Shown here: piece by piece, positions 62,838-64,000 of the stretch
Layout: each line of letters begins with the position of its first letter
Numbering within the stretch: the stretch's first letter is position 1
Source: Mobula hypostoma
Taxonomy: Eukaryota
Direction: 5' to 3'
NCBI RefSeq assembly: GCF_963921235.1
Contig: NC_086097.1
Location: 114,144,001 to 114,208,000 of the forward strand
DNA: 64,000 bases
Made by a program: the position numbers and the translations under genes
The notes under the pieces: generated by a model
What the model was told of the DNA's origin: nothing
Seen by the model: the letters and a program-made list of their open reading frames with translations, nothing else
Database searches by the model: none

Positions 62838-64000
62838 TCATTTAGAAAAAAGAAATTTGATGTCCAAAATAATCTCATTACTTTCTGAGACATTTCAGTA
62901 AGTACTGACACCTGAGAGAAAAGGCAACTCTGCCTAAACATTCTACTGCACCACTTTGGGACTGGAGAAATAAAAAAGGCTGCGGTTAAGAGGTTCAGCC
63001 CTCAGGATCATGATTAGTGGGTTGCTGTGATAGGATCGTTCAAATGATCAAGGGTAGCTCCTAACTTACATGCATTCTGATCTGAGCTGCTTTACTAATA
63101 CATGACATGTGAATAATGATAGTCACTTCTAAGACAACTTGGTCTTAGATCAATCCCATCCTCCACACCACCCAACATTATCCTGAGAAAAGAAAAAAAA
63201 GGTTAAGTAATTGAATCTCCAGCAGGCATATTTCAATGCTGATCATTCTGAAGTCCACTGATCTTACAGAAATTTCTATCTTTAAATATTTGTTTTCCAG
63301 TAATATAAATGGGTTTAATTTTTTTCCAAGGATGAGGGAGAAGTACTTAAGAAATTGGAAAGAAATGGAGCTTCGGTTAAAGTAAGTCAGACTGATATTA
63401 CAACTCAGATTGTAGCTTAATCAGATAATAGTTCAGTAGGTGTGGTGACAACAAAGCAACTTTATTTCAGATTGTTGATGAAGAATGTATTCGACTGCCT
63501 TACTATCTGAAGTCAAGTTTGGTGAAATCAACTTTTATTTAAACAAAGCATCATCTATTGCATATCTATAGCCACAAGAAATAGCTCACAAGAAACATAG
63601 AAGCCAACTTTAAAAGCTTCTGCATGTATATAAAAATGTGCCTTTGATAGCCTACATTCAGTGCAGTAAAAATCTGGTAATATGTTACCTCACTTTTTGG
63701 GAATCCCAATGGTTTATCTTCTTGATCACTCCCGCTCACCCTCAGACTCACTGGGGCTCCATTTTCTGTTCCCACTCTGATGCATCTGGCTCCAGTTTCC
63801 ATACTCGCTCTAACCCAATTGCGGCTTTGCTAGCTACAGTCCGTCTGACATGTCCTAGTTTGGGTGTCATGCCTCAAAGCTTACATAGTGCTGTTTCCCA
63901 CTCTCCAATGAAACCTACTGTATTCTGTTTCCTGTGCTACCTTGAAATTTACAAGTTTCTCTGGAAAATGTGGTATTCCACTTTATGGAGAGCTTTCCAG

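Noticed and set aside
63690..63880. Possible Gypsy integrase 3' remnant
   Set aside because: Too short and degenerate to support a call by eye.

Overview
Eukaryotic, repeat-dense DNA; the repeat repertoire (esterase-ORF1 CR1 LINEs, V-SINE-like SINEs, Rex1-type LINEs, Penelope-like elements) suggests a cartilaginous fish, probably a ray (inference). One host gene is supported: the 3' part of a C18orf63 (DUF4708) homologue on the minus strand. It has 7 exons from 62835 to 29028, all GT-AG and phase-consistent, giving 508 aa in the window; the 5' exons lie beyond position 64000. It ends in a SAP/Ku70-C-like helical module, and its upstream domain looks PAZ-like. The rest is mostly decayed mobile DNA: two long CR1s and many fragments, a BEL/Pao remnant, Gypsy remnants, a solo LTR, a Tc1, Rex1 and L1 pieces, and SINEs. 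The most distinctive structure is a Penelope-like family carrying minimal hammerhead ribozymes (CTGANGA...GAAACGTC). It occurs as a 2.2 kb fold-back copy and as 90-180 bp mini-insertions with 11-14 bp target duplications; several ribozyme cores are in sense orientation in the host gene's introns. All family assignments come from motif recognition by eye, no searches were run, and boundaries of old repeats are approximate.
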